NCBI GenBank assembly: GCA_965178125.1
Contig: OZ237763.1
Span: 744,001 to 808,000 of the forward strand
Direction of reading: 5' to 3'
Origin: Bilabrum cf. latius
Lineage: Eukaryota
Length of the DNA stretch: 64,000 nucleotides
Under the pieces are notes generated by a model. The model did not search any database and was not told the DNA's origin. It saw only the letters and a program-made list of their open reading frames with translations. Positions 12,301-24,956 of this stretch are shown one piece after another. The position numbers and the translations under genes were made by a program. Every line of letters begins with the position of its first letter. Position 1 is the first letter of the stretch.

Positions 12301-15300
12301 CAACAGTCGATCCGATCTGGTAGGGGAGGCCGTGGGAGGCCATTCCATCCGTCCTGTCGCTCCCCTGCCAGCTCCACAGGCTGTGCTGGCAGTTTCTGAC
12401 GAGCAGCGGAAGCATGCGTGCCATCTGTCTAGATTCTGACCGGGGCTAGGGCATGAGCGCTGCGACAAGTCGTAGGAGCAGAAAGGGGGGCAGGCGCAAG
12501 CGCAGGCGAGGCCAGGCGTACCATGCCACAGAGGTGCACGAGCGCATTACTGGTGAACTGATGTTGCGGGCCCAACAGCATTCGGTTGCATTTGGCAAAG
12601 AAACGCCGGCTGCAGAGCGATTTGCGGACGTGTCAGATGCATTCGCAGCTGCAGATATGGTGTCTTGCATCGTGATGGGTCCTTCGATCCAGTGCGGAGG
12701 CGAAGGCGCGTGCCCCCCGCTCTAGCTGCCTTTCGATGATGCAGATCCCAACACGCAGCGCGCCTGGAGCATTATCGAAAAGCCGTCCACGAGCTTCACC
12801 TCTGCATCCGCCCGAGGCTCGAGGCCGGTGATTGCTGGCCGTGATGCACCCGCGGGGCGCTGCACGCTTGTTGCCACCCCAGCTGCTCGCCTTGTACCGC
12901 GGAGCGGATGGGACCGCGTGATGGCAGCCAAAGCAGCAAAGAGCACTGGACGGCTCATCTAGCCACTGTCGACCGTAAGCACAGCAACGGCAGGTGGGAG
13001 TGCTTCTGAATCAAAGGAAGCCCGAGAGAAGGGTAGTAGCCGCGATCCCGAAGCAATTAACGCGCCGACTTCAGGGTTGCCATGGGCTACAGCGGCTCTA
13101 AAGGGCGGGAGGACAGGCGTAAGTCGGGAGCAGTACGAGAGCCTGGCACCGTGGGAGCGACAGGTACTGCTGCAGGGCAGCAGCAGTGGGCCGCTTCGTG
13201 TGCTGCTGGGGGACATGCCCCAGGAAGTGCCGCAGAAATGGGCAGTGGGCGTGGACGTACTCAAGACTGCCGCCGGAATCGAGGCAGCTCTCGAGGCGCA
13301 GGCAGAGGCAGCGGCCCTGGTGGCGCTGCAGGGCTGGAGCGGAGTGGGGCTGGCACCGGGCTCCGCGGCGAGTGCTCAGGCGCGACTGGACAAGGTGAAA
13401 CTAAAGAAGGCCTAGCTAGGCGACGATGCCCTGCGGCCTCCTATCATCGCGGTGGTCGCGGCCGGGAACGTCTGGTTTGCCCGGCGCGTGGCCAGGGCGG
13501 TCATCAGGCTGACTAGTGCAGGCAATCGACAGCGGGAGCGTGTGGCTGAATCAGAACCTTTGGCTGCAAGCTCAAGCTCTGCGACATCGGACAAGGCCGG
13601 CAATCAACGAGACGGCACGACTGGTGGTGTGGTTGTGAATGCTGAAGCTAGCATCCAAGCGGTCCAGTCACACGAATATGCCAGTGGCGGCAGCTCTGCA
13701 ACTAGAGAAGAGACAGGGGACGGGACACGATCGATAGAATCATGTGACGACCTGCTCGTGGTGGACAGTGGGACGTGGTCGTGGCAAGGGCTGCGGCGAG
13801 ACGAAGCCGATACGTATGCCCCGCTCAATGGGCAGAGTTCCGGTGGGAGCTTGGGCTCGGGTGGTAGATTACGACCGCGCCAAATCACGGTGCAGGTGCA
13901 GTGGCCTGCGTACACTGGCCCTGGACCCATCGTATCTCCATTCCCTCGCGCAGACCTGATGATCATTGCTCCTGGCTGCGGGGCTCCTCTGGAGTGCACG
14001 GCGGCCGCGATGCACGGTCATAGCGACCTGTGGACAAAGGGTGCAGCAGCTGTCAAGGGCTTCTTGCCCCCGCAGCAGGATCTCAAGGAGGCTTGGGCTG
14101 GGGCCGCCAGCTGCGACGACCTGAAGAGAGCAGCGTGGGTGAGGCACGCCTTGTCGGCTGGCAGGCCTGGCGGCCGACTCGTCGTGGTGGGAAGCCCCGC
14201 CTCACTGGCAGGCAGCACCATGTGGGCAACGTTGCTTCGGCGCCTGTTCCACGGCCAAGCAGAGGTACGTAGACGTGCGGGCAAGGCTGTAGGTGCGGCA
14301 GGACCAATCCACGGGACAGGAGACTCCGCCTCTAGCCGTGCATGGCAAGACCCGTCGGCAGTCCCCGAGACGGTCCAATCAGGGCCGGCCCGTGGCTCCA
14401 TTCCAAAGCACCTAAACAGCTCAACGTCAAGGCAGGCCCAAGCTCAAGCCCGAGCCTCGAAGAGCGACAGAATTACCAGAGTCAGCAAGCAACTGCAGCA
14501 ACAACCACAGAAGCAGAAGAAGAAAAGAGCAAATAAGAAAAAGAAGTTGTAGCAGGCTGCACCAATGGTGGCGCACCAGCAGACAACCATGGTGCCAACG
14601 AGTGCACTGCAGGCTGCAGCTACCAGTGCCTCCAGTGCCTCGGGGACGATCACCACGAAGGGGTTATCAAGTGGTGGCCCGGGAGCGAAGCATGTCCACA
14701 GAGGATTGACAGTCTCTGGCAAATGGATAAGGCCACACCCGGCCGATGGACGGTCATGGGAGCGGGCGCCTGGTGCAGGGACAAGGCCACACCCGGCCGA
14801 TGAGCGGTCATGGGAGCGGGCGCCTGGTGCAGGGACGAGGCCACATCCGGGTGATGAGCGGTCATGGGAGCGGGCGCCTGGTGCAGGGACGAGGCCACAC
14901 CCGGCCGATGGACGGTCATGGGAGCGGGCGCCTGGTGCAGGGACAAGGCCACACCCGGCCGATGAGCGGTCATGGGAGCGGGCGCCTGGTGCAGGGACAA
15001 GGCCACACCCGGCCGATGAGCGGTCATGGGAGCGGGCGCCTGGTGCAGGGACAAGGCCACACCCGGCTGATGAGCGGTCATGGGAGCGGGCGCATGGTGC
15101 AGGGACAAGGCCACATCCGGCTGATGAGCGGTCATGGGAGCGGGCGCCTGGTGCAGGGACGAGGCCACACCCGGCCGATGGACGGTCATGGGAGCGGGCG
15201 CCTGGTGCAGGGACAAGGCCACACCCGGCCGATGAGCGGTCATGGGAGCGGGCGCGTGGTGCAGGGACAAGGCCACACCCGGCCGATGAGCGGTCATGGG

Positions 15301-15788
15301 AGCGGGCGCCTGGTGCAGGGACAAGGCCACACCCGGCCGATGAGCGGTCATGGGAGCGGGCGCCTGGTGCAGGGACAAGGCCACACCCGGCCGATGAGCG
15401 GTCATGGGAGCGGGCGCCTGGTGCAGGGACAAGGCCACACCCGGCCGATGAGCGGTCACGGGAGCGGGCGCCTGGTGCAGGGACAAGGCCACACCCGGCT
15501 GATGAGCGGTCATGGGAGCGGGCGCCTGGTGCAGGGACAAGGCCACACCCGGCCGATGAGCGGTCATGGGAGCGGGCGCCTGGTGCAGGGACGAGGCCAC
15601 ACCCGGCCGATGAGCGGTCACGGGAGCGGGCGCCTGGTGCAGGGACAAGGCCACACCCGGCTGATGAGCGGTCATGGGAGCGGGCGCCTGGTGCAGGGAC
15701 AAGGCCACACCGGACCTACTAGCGTGTCCGGACACGTGATCTCGATTCGGACGTAGGAGTCTATCGTGTGAGGGACGGGCGGGGCTGA
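9357..15788 (+). CDS. Degenerate UPF1/DNA2-like superfamily-1 helicase with C-terminal 18-aa repeats, 2143 aa
   Basis: One frame open for 6.4 kb except for 11 TAGs (9771, 10467, 11535, 12030, 12321, 12447, 12723, 12960, 13413, 14550, 15720); ends in TGA. SF1 motifs occur in order: VVMGGPQIGKT (Walker A), VLAVAPSRAGVHRL (Ia), VIIDDAHGM (Walker B-like), RVVMACD (III), VRHALSAGR..RLVVVGSPASL...MWATLL (VI region). Confidence 0.7.
14730..15710 (+). repeat. Coding minisatellite, 18 copies of a 54-bp unit (RPHPADERSWERAPGAGT)
   Basis: Unit AGGCCACACCCGGCCGATGAGCGGTCATGGGAGCGGGCGCCTGGTGCAGGGACA repeated with only a few substitutions per copy; no spacers. Confidence 0.95.
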
Positions 15789-15959
15789 GCGTTGCACTTT
15801 CATGAGTTTTGCAATAATAAATTTGAGTCGATTAACGGGCGGTCCTTGCAATTGAAATGAAAGCCCAGAATATGGTGCCGGCATACGATCAGTGGTTATG
15901 CAAGCAAGCACGCCCTTCGCCCCACACTCGCTCACTTGAGTCTGAGGGCGCCCTACCTC

Positions 15960-17099
15960 TTACTTGAGTCCAAGGGCGAGGGCGCCTTTTCCGCCCCCAA
16001 GAGACCCACCCCGCCCCAACAGCCTGGTCCCGTACTCCTCCCCCTTGGCCTTCTTCCTCCTCGCCGCCCGCCTCGCCCTCCTCCTCCCGTCCGCCACCGC
16101 GCCCATCACGTCCTGCACGCGCCCTGACACCGCCTTGCTGTCCTGAAGAGATCCGGAGCAGAAATCCGCCGCTGCGCCCGCCCGTCGGTGTGCTCTAGAC
16201 CGACCCCCCACTGGGGCCCGCCCCTCGCCCATGGCAGCCGCCGCCGCCACCCCCGCCCCGCCCATGGCAGCCGCCGCTCGAAGCACCGCGTCGCTCGCCC
16301 CCGCCTATGCCTCCTCCTCCATGCCCTCGAATACCAGCCGCTGACTAGACGCGCCACGGACCCCCGCGGGAAGTGATGGGGGCACGGCTAGTGCACCCTG
16401 CGCCTCCCGCCGCGCCGCTGCCTCCGTGGAGGCCTCTGTCCGCCGGCGCTTCCTGCGGCCCAGGGGAGCCCCTCCTTGGCCTGAGAGAACCACGGCGGCT
16501 CGATTCCTGCGCTATGCAGCCGCGCCCGTCCTGCCTGTTTGCTTCTACCCTTCGCCAGAACCTGCCTTAGCGCCGTCTCGCTGGCGCAGCTATTGGTCTA
16601 CCTGCTTGTCGAGCTCGGCGCCGCCTGCTGCAAAGAAGTCATCGGCCGATTCTACCTTGTCCTCGGCATCCTGTGCCTCGGAGCCCGTACCGATGGAATC
16701 AACCTACGTACTAAGACCAACACCCTGGCTATCGGTCTACTCGGGTAAGGGTAATTCTGCATCATCGAGAAACACGGTCGGTCCCTTTGGTCGACGTCTT
16801 CGTTTTCGCTTGCGAGAAGCCTTTGCTTCAAATGCAGCTCGAATATCGGCTTCATCTCGAGCAATTTCAAAAGTGACAGCTTCTGGAGCATCGTCATCCC
16901 CTGATTCCTCGCTCTGCTTCTGTTGTTTCCTTTGTGGTGTACCCTCTTTGCTTGACCCCGCTTCAATCAGTCGAGTGACAAGATCTGCCTTCCTACCTGC
17001 TTGAGGGAGCCCTATCTTCTTTAATGCACCCCTGAGTTCCGCGACAGTTAGCCCAAGCAGCGCTTCTCGCTGTTCAGACGCCATCTTTGTAGTTGCCAT
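15960..17099 (-). CDS. SAP-domain protein with a NOL7/Bud21-like DDAPE motif, ~379 aa
   Basis: SAP motif LTVAELRGALKKIGLPQAGRKADLVTRL, then DDDAPEAVTF...RKRKRRRR. Continues through 6 TAGs (16737, 16704, 16590, 16545, 16512, 16305) to TAA at 15960. Alternative start at 17084. Confidence 0.7.
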
Positions 17100-17202
17100 T
17101 CTGGCCCTGAACCTTGGCGCCGCGCAACCATGTAGCGGAACTGAAATCGTTGGCTTGGGTCGAAACGTGTGCCAAAGTGACTGAACTGACGCCAGGCTCG
17201 GC

Positions 17203-20200
17203 ATGGATTCGCCGTCGGGGATGGACATGGACACGAAAAAACTCGTGTCTCTGGCGCGCAGTGTCGCTGATCGGGTTTTGAAGCACCCAAGCAAGCTGGC
17301 GTCCGCAGCTCGTAGCGCAACAAATGAAATTGGCAGTTCAAACCAGAGTCCTGCCACAGGGAGGATACTTGGCGCAAGTATGGCAGTGGTATAGTCGGTT
17401 GATGGTCAGGATTCGAAGGTTTTGCCGAAACCAATTATGGTTGCCTCTGCGGATGGCACTTCGAATCATGCTGCGCAAGGTGCAATCGGGGACACAAGTA
17501 CAGCAGCAGCCTCAATCGAACACAAACTCGATGCGGAACGCAAGATGGTGCGATTTCAAGACGAAGAAGAGGCGGTCAAAGCAGCAATGGCTGGTAGTGA
17601 GCCACTGGGACCGATGACTCTCGGCTAGCAGATACCTCCAGCTGCGATCCACTCTCAGTAGCACGCTGCAACCGAATCTTCAGGAATATCTTAGTCTCTG
17701 GCATCGCTCGATCGCGAGTTGGAGTTGGAGCGTGCAGCGCAGACAGAACGGAGCGGATCATCTGCCGACAGGAGCCTACGTCCGGTGCCGCGGGAGCCCT
17801 CTGCTAGCATCGCAGGCATGCAGCGCAGGTTCGAGACCCTGAGCAAGCGCATTGACGATGCCAGCGGCAGCAGCACGCATGCAGAACCAATGGATCCAGC
17901 AAGCGCACCCGCTCCGGCCCTCGCGACCACCCCGAGCGCGACCGACACCAGCAGCTCGCCGTCTAGCCAGCGCACACTGCCGACCACGACTAACCACGAG
18001 TCGCCGGGTATGCCGAGTCGTGATGCAGGGGTAAACAGCAGTGCATCGGAAGTATCAGCTGCTGGCAATAGTGCGCCCGTGGAGCGTGAATCGGACACGG
18101 AACCTGAGCCTGCGCCTGCTCCCGCTCCCGCGCTGGGCAGGGACCGCGTGTCGAGCCGCGGATCTGCTGGCAGTGGGGGGAGCAGCGGGATGGGGGCAGC
18201 GGCAGACGAGCCGACGAGCGCGGGACCCTCCACTCCTGCCAGCCTCCCGAGATCACCGCCAGGTGGTGCGGTGCTAAGTGCATCGCATGGTGGTGCTGGT
18301 GCTGCTGCAGCCGGCCGGCGGTCGCCTCTCTCCCAGTAGCTCCCCCCGCCTGCCATGCAATAGGGCCTTAGCTTGCCCCAGCAGCCTCAGGAAGATGCAT
18401 AGGAATCCGCACAGGGTGATGCAAATGCAGAGGCCGGTGGAAGAGATGTAGTCGTGTCATAGAGAACAGCGGGTGATTCGGAGGCGTAGTACTACCAGGA
18501 AGGAGCAGGCGAGATCGAGGCATCGGGAGCAGCGCCGCAAGACGGAGACATTGACGCAGACCTGACCGAAGCCATTGGCACAGACCAAGATCAAGATGAG
18601 AAGCACGAGCAAGAGGTCGCTTTGGATGGCCACCTCACCCTGGTGCCCACTGCCACGCACCCCGGTACCGCAGCACCGCTCCTGCACGCGCCCCCAACGA
18701 ATGCTCTGGTATACTCGCGGGACGATGCAGCGCCGGGGGTATCAGCCACCGGCATGATGGCGAGTCGGTCGGCAGATAGGGACCTTGCTGGCGGTGGCCC
18801 GCTGGAGGGCAACGATGATGCTGATGCTGCCAGTGGTGCTGGTTCGGGTGAATTGGGGCCTGTACCTGCGCCTGGATGCTAGCGCGGGAGGGGAGGAGCA
18901 GTGGCAGGCAACTCGGCAGGGGGAACAGTAGAGGGTGCTCCCGGGGCCGATTCGGGGCGAGGTGCATTTTCTCGTGGCATTCCGTCCCCTGGCCGTCGCC
19001 TGTCCCGACTTGAACTGGGCTCTCAGCTGCCAGCGGCAAGGGACATGGGCGTGGTGCTGGGGGAGGCACCCCCCAGCAGGAGGGCGGCAGAGGGGGGGGG
19101 TGCTGGTGGTGGTGATGAGGAGGAGGAGGAGGAGGGCGGGGACGGCGTGACTAACGGGGTGCAGGATGAGACTCGGCATGCAGGAGGCGGTGATGGTGGT
19201 GGTGGTGGCGCTTTCGCTGGCGGGTCTAAGGCGCAATCGAGCGACAGCCAGTCGCGGGCCGCGCTCGATGGAGTTGTAACTCGGTCCAGTATGGAAGCGG
19301 CCCGCAAGCGCAGGCCGGTGCAGAGCTTCGAGTCGCCTCCTGCATTTGACCCGCTGGCAATGCTGCACGCGCGTGTGAACGGTGCATTGCTCGGCGCAGG
19401 GAAGGGCAAGGGCAAGGGCAAGGGCACGGGCAAGGGCAAGGGCAAGGGCGAGGGCGAGCACACTGGCGGGATGGAGGGCGAGTCGGGCAGGCAGCATGTC
19501 CCCCCTCGTCTCCCGGGCTGGTTTCCATCCCGCAGGGATGGATCCAGAGCTGCTTCCGGTCAATTCGTGTCCCCCCCCTCTGCGCTTCCTGGTGCCGAGG
19601 CCATGCACACCCCGCCCTCTGCGACTCTGCGCTCGAACGAGTCGCGTCGCGAGCCCGGATCGGAGCCTTGGGATGAAGAGGAGGGGTAGGAGGGCATTGG
19701 GAATGGCAGCAGGGGGTCCAGTACGAGAGCTGGAATGCAGGAAGGTGATGAGCCGCAGCGTCGGGCCGGGTCTGCCCGACAGCCGTCGGTGCAGATCGAC
19801 GGCGGGGGCAAAGGGCTTGTGTTTATGACAGGGGCTGCTCTCGGCAGCGGGCACGGTACGGTGCAGCAGGATGCACCGCACGATGGTGCATCTGGTGCCC
19901 CACCCCTGCCTTCAGAGGCACATGCAGCCGGCAGCGACGCCAGCGAACGCGATGCTAGTCCATCGATCGGCGAGCACGAGGGGCGTCCTGGCGATGCCCC
20001 GGGGGCAGCTGCCCCCTCCCCTTCCCGCTCGCAGCAATCGATGGACCCGGACGTGACCTTCCGTCCCTTTGCTGGCGCCACCACTGGGATCGCGGGTGAA
20101 GTGCCTCTGGCCGAGGCGCCGAGGGGGGCGGGTGCAGCGCACTGTGGTGGGGCCTCGGGGTCCAGGCTCCCTGCCATGTCACCCAGGGGTCGTGCCTTTG

Positions 20201-23200
20201 CTGCCTTTGCCGCTGGGTCCTCGTTGGGGATGTGGGAGGACGAGGCGGAGGTGGCCGGTGATGACCTGGAGTAGGATGCGGAGGAAGGAGCCAGGGGTGA
20301 AGATGAAGATGAAGGTGAAGAACAGGAGGAGGAGGAGGACGGGGACCATGATGCAGATCAGGTGCCTGAGGATGCAGGGGGCGCAACTGCTGGTGTGGCC
20401 GGCACCACGGCGGCCCTTGTGTCGCTGAGGTCTCCCCCCGTGAGGCGGCAGGAAGAAGAAGAAGAAGAGGGGAGGTCTCCCCCCGTGAGGCGGCAGGAAG
20501 AAGAAGAAGAAGAGGGGAGGTCTCCCCCCGTGAGGCGGCAGGAAGAAGAAGAAGAAGAGGGGGCGGCGGCGGACGAGTCGGAGAGCGGGCAAGGTGGTGC
20601 ATCGAGATCACCGGAGGATTAGACTGCCGAGGTATCCGGGGCGGAGGCGAGCCAACAAGGCACCGACAGGGCACAGCCCGCCGAAGGTCACGGTGCTAAG
20701 CCCAAGCCCAGCCCGCTATCGGACGCAGCCAAAGTTGCGCAGCTGAAGGGGCTGGTGGCTGATGGCGTGGCAGAGGCGCAGCGCAGGTTCGGTGCCAAGC
20801 GACTGCTCAGGGGTCTGCGGGCCTCAGGTGCCCTGGCACAGCGGGGGGGACTCAAAGTGAGGCTCAGGCTGGTGGAGGGGGCGGCGGGCGTGCTGCACGC
20901 AGATGCGCCCAGGGCACCAGGCGCAGTGGTGTCTGCTACATCGGACGGGCAGTTCATGGAGCGGCTGGACGGGTTTCTGAAGCGGTGCGCGCTGGCAGTG
21001 GAGCGTGCCCCGGGGGATCCAGAAATAGATTCGTCGAAGGAGCCTCCGAGTGCAAGCAAGGCTGCCGGTGGAGGGGCAGATGCAAGGGACCACAACCACC
21101 AGCAGTCGCCCGCGGAAGCTCCTGCAGGCCCTGCCAGTGCACAGTCGAACGATTCGAAAGGGTCAGAGGCGGCCGAACCGAGCCCGTTGGGAAGTGACGG
21201 TGCAGGCACTGTGAGTCGCGTGCCCATGCTCAAGCGCAGGTTGTTCCCTGAGGAACAAGAGCAAGACGACCAGGGTTCTGCCTCAGGCATGCAACAGAGT
21301 AGCGTCGATTTAGATGCACCACCGCACGGAGTCGTCGAGGAAGGTGGTAATAGCCACGATCAGCCAGGTCAGGAGGAGCAGCCATCCACGAGGAGCAGCA
21401 AGCACGAGGATGTTGGGGTGCAGGCGGATTGGAGCGAGCAGCTTGAAGGGGGGCAGGGGGGCGCGGGCCAGCTCGAGACACAGCCTTAGAACCGCCCCGC
21501 TGCATTCGATTTCGGTGAGGCAGCTGTCGCGAGGGCGGAGGAGATGGAGAGGGAGCGGGCCATGGGCCTAGGGGGTAGGGGGGAGCGCGCAAGGCCACGA
21601 GAGGAGGACGCCGAGGAGGATTGGCACGGGGAGAATGAGGGCGGGTACTATGACGATGATGATTAGGAGGAAGAGTACGACAGCGGGAGATAGGCTGTGC
21701 ATGGTCATAGTCATGGTCGAAAGCATGAGCAGGAGGAGGAGGAGTACGGGGAAGAGGAGGAGTATCGGTACGAGGATGATCAGGGGGAGAGGCAGCGCGG
21801 CAGGCGCAGGGGCAGAAGGGACAGGGACAGCAGGCGGCGAGAGCATGGAGAGATAGATTCGAGGTAGAGGCAGGGTCGCAAGGAAGTACAGACAGAGGCG
21901 GTGCGCGGAAGAATCCGCAGGATGAAGAGCGGAATCAGCAGGAAGGGGCAGAGGAAACCACCGCAAGCTGGCTTCGGGTCTTCCTCTTCCAGGTTCACTA
22001 GGCCTGGGGAGGTGGCCACCGGGAGGGGGAGAAGGCCCCGACCACTCAGGAGGAAGTCCAAGCCGTCTGGAAGGGAGGGGCTGGGTGCAGTGCATGGTGG
22101 TGGCAGAAGGCAGGGGCGGAGTCGGTCGGCATGGGTGGGCCGCCGGGGCAGGCCTGGTGTCGATTCTGAATAGGAAGAGGAGGAGGAGGAGGAGGGGTGG
22201 AGCAGACGAAGTAGGGCTGGTGCAAGGGGCAAGGTTAGGGGCAGGAACCATGCAGAGGACCAGTCTGGCATGAGGTCACGCGTGCTGGGGCGGCGCCAGC
22301 TGAGGGGTGCCTCTGGAGCGGGCTCTCGGCGGGGCGCGCCTATCGGTCGCAGTGCGTCAGTGGGACCTTCCAGCCGCATGCGCGGGAAGACTATTGCGTC
22401 AGGCAGAGGCAGAGACAGGGACAGGCCAGCGGATCACGGGTGGGCGAGTGACGGCGAGGAGGATCAGGGTCATGGTCGCGACTGGGGAGACCGCGGAGAG
22501 AGGTGGAGCCACGGCCGGGGATCCGAATCCTCCGGGGAACACAACGGGTCCTACGAGAGCGACGAGTACCTCTCCGGCTCATCTGCCACGGGCGAGGAAT
22601 ACCGAGGGACGGACGAACCTCCTCCCAGCGGGGTTCCCACGGTCTCGAGGAACTCATCGCCGGCGGCGGCAGCCAGGGCAGAAGTAGCCAGCAGGGCACT
22701 GTCCCCGCAGAAGCGGCTGGAAGGGGCCCTGCGGAACCGGCTGCTGCGGCGCGGCGCCCGCGGGTCCAGCAGCGAGGCCAGCTCGGTGGTCTCCAGGGGG
22801 GCACGGTCCGATCTGCACGGGGCCGGGGGGCGGGTGCAGCTGGAGACAGGGTCGGTATCCTCGCGGGTCACGGCACAGACGGTGTCGGTGGGGCAGGGGT
22901 CTACTGGTGGGGCCGCGGGTAGGGGGAGGAGGAGGGTGGGGCGCGAGTGGGACAGCAGGGGCCAACAGGGCAGGGGTGGCCACAGCAGGGGCTCCTCGGT
23001 GGTGGGGGGCAGGTAGCAGACCCACCAACACGGAGTGGTGGGCTTGGAGCACGAGATGAATGATGAAGATGAAGAGTAGGGTGCTGGTGCTGGCGTCGTG
23101 GGGGGGCTGTCTCCAGAGGGCAGGGCGAGGCAGCTGGCGGCTCGGCGAGCCTCAGTCCGCCGCAGGGAACAGCAGGACTCCAAGGAAGGCGCGGCGAGGA

Positions 23201-24732
23201 GGCGCGTGCTGGGCAAGCTGCTCAAGGGGAGGCCGCCGGCCGGCAGGGCGCAGGGAACGGGCAGCGGCCGTGGATCAGTGCTCTCTAGCGCCGTGCACAG
23301 CACCGTCTCCAGCCCCGCAGGCGAGAGGGAGAGTGAGAGCAAGAGCAAGGGGGAGCCGGACGTGGAATCGTTCATGTACTACAACCGCATGCACCAGCCG
23401 AGGACGAGTGGCGGTGGTGGTGGTGCAGGTGCATCACACGCTGGTGCGAAAGGGGTGGCCCGCAGCGGCGCGTCCAGCCGAATGACGAGCCCGGGACTGG
23501 CAGCTGCGCAGACGGCCAGCGACCGCTTGCTTGACTCGCTGCTGCAGAAGCTGGCCTCGGCGGAAGGGCAGCGGGCTCTAGCGCAGAAGGGGCGAGGCGG
23601 CGCGCGGGATGCGGGCGCAGGCTAGCCGGGTAGGGCTGCAGTGGCAGGGGAAGGTCTGTCCTCCACTGGGTCCTCGGAGGGCGAGGAAGGTGCACTGCAC
23701 GGTGGCGTCATCGCCGGGCTCGGTGTGCACGCAGGTTAGGCTGGCCTGCATTCGCAAGGATCGGCAGGACCGGGGGCAGGGGTGGATGCCAGCGAGGAGG
23801 AGCAGGAGCGCGCCACCCGGCTAGCTGCCCTGGAGCTGCTCGCCCACGGATACAGGGGTTTCTCCACGGGAAGCAGCCCAGTGCCCAGGAGGGTAGTGCG
23901 GCGGCTGCTGAGGCAGCTGACGGCCAGCGACAAAGACATGGACGCATCTCCTTCCAGGGAACAAGACGGGGAGGATGGCGCCATACGTACAGCGGAAACA
24001 GATCGTCTCCATTTGGCGGCTGGATTCTTACAATCAGCACAAGCCCCGCCGAGTGCCACGGGTGGCGAGGCTGCCCGCGCGTCTGCCCCATCGGACCCAA
24101 CCGCAGCACTGGGCCCCACTGCGCGAGGCACCCTCTCTGCCCTCCCCTCACTGGCTCGATTTGCGCTGTCTTCCGCGGCGAGATAGACCGCCCTGGATCC
24201 GGCTAGAGCTCGGGGGACCAACGGGGGCTCCGATGCGAGCAGCAGCAGCGAATAGGTGCAGGACAAGAACAAGAAAGCAGGGAACCGCAGCACCAGCGAC
24301 TCGGATGGAACCAAGCCGTCAAACAACGAGCCAGCGATTCGGCACCAGCCCGCTCAATCCGGCATTGCGCCCAAGGGATCAGCAGTGCAGTCATAGGGCG
24401 TTGAGGAGGAAGAGGGCGCCAGGTAGCAGCAGGCTGCAGCAAGCCACCTGGCGCCAGAAGACGGGGCCCAAACCGCCCAACCGCCGAAGGAGCAAAGTGG
24501 AGACGATCTGGTCATCTCGGGGCACCAGGACCCGCCCAAACCGACCCGACCCGACGATGTGGGAGCCGTCACAGCCCCTTCGGATCGCCCCCTCTTGTCG
24601 CCAGATCTCCCTCGCTCTAGGCGGCCCAACGGGCTCGATCGGCTGTTCGCTGGGCTCCTTCCTGAAGGGGGTTTCTCGTCGGCTGTCAAGCCTAAGGATG
24701 CGGAGAAGGGCTAGAACGATAAAGACCTGTGA
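17203..24732 (+). CDS. Very large intrinsically disordered acidic/Gly-Ser-rich protein, 2509 aa
   Basis: More than ten consecutive ORF-track fragments share one frame, separated only by TAG (about 27). No TAA or TGA over 7.5 kb until TGA at 24730. No domain recognised. Confidence 0.75.
20428..20562 (+). repeat. 3 x 45-bp coding tandem repeat (RSPPVRRQEEEEEEG)
   Basis: Identical units start at 20428, 20473 and 20518. Confidence 0.9.
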
Positions 24733-24956
24733 CGTAGTCGAGATTGAGGTGGCTAGTTGGGAGCATGTCTCCTTGGCTGCAGCACGCGCCCCATCCAAGG
24801 ATTATCCCGTGCGCGCCCGTGCCGTACTTCTGCTGTACGGCGGTGCTTTTGACTCGTGGGACTAACTTGAATACGTGGACGGCACATGCATTTTGCTTAT
24901 AGATCCATGGATATGCAATACCGCATATCCTTGCAGGACGCACGCAGCTGCCCACC

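Noticed and set aside
14730-15710. CRISPR-like array
   Set aside because: The units are contiguous with no unique spacers, no cas genes are present, and the context is eukaryotic coding sequence.
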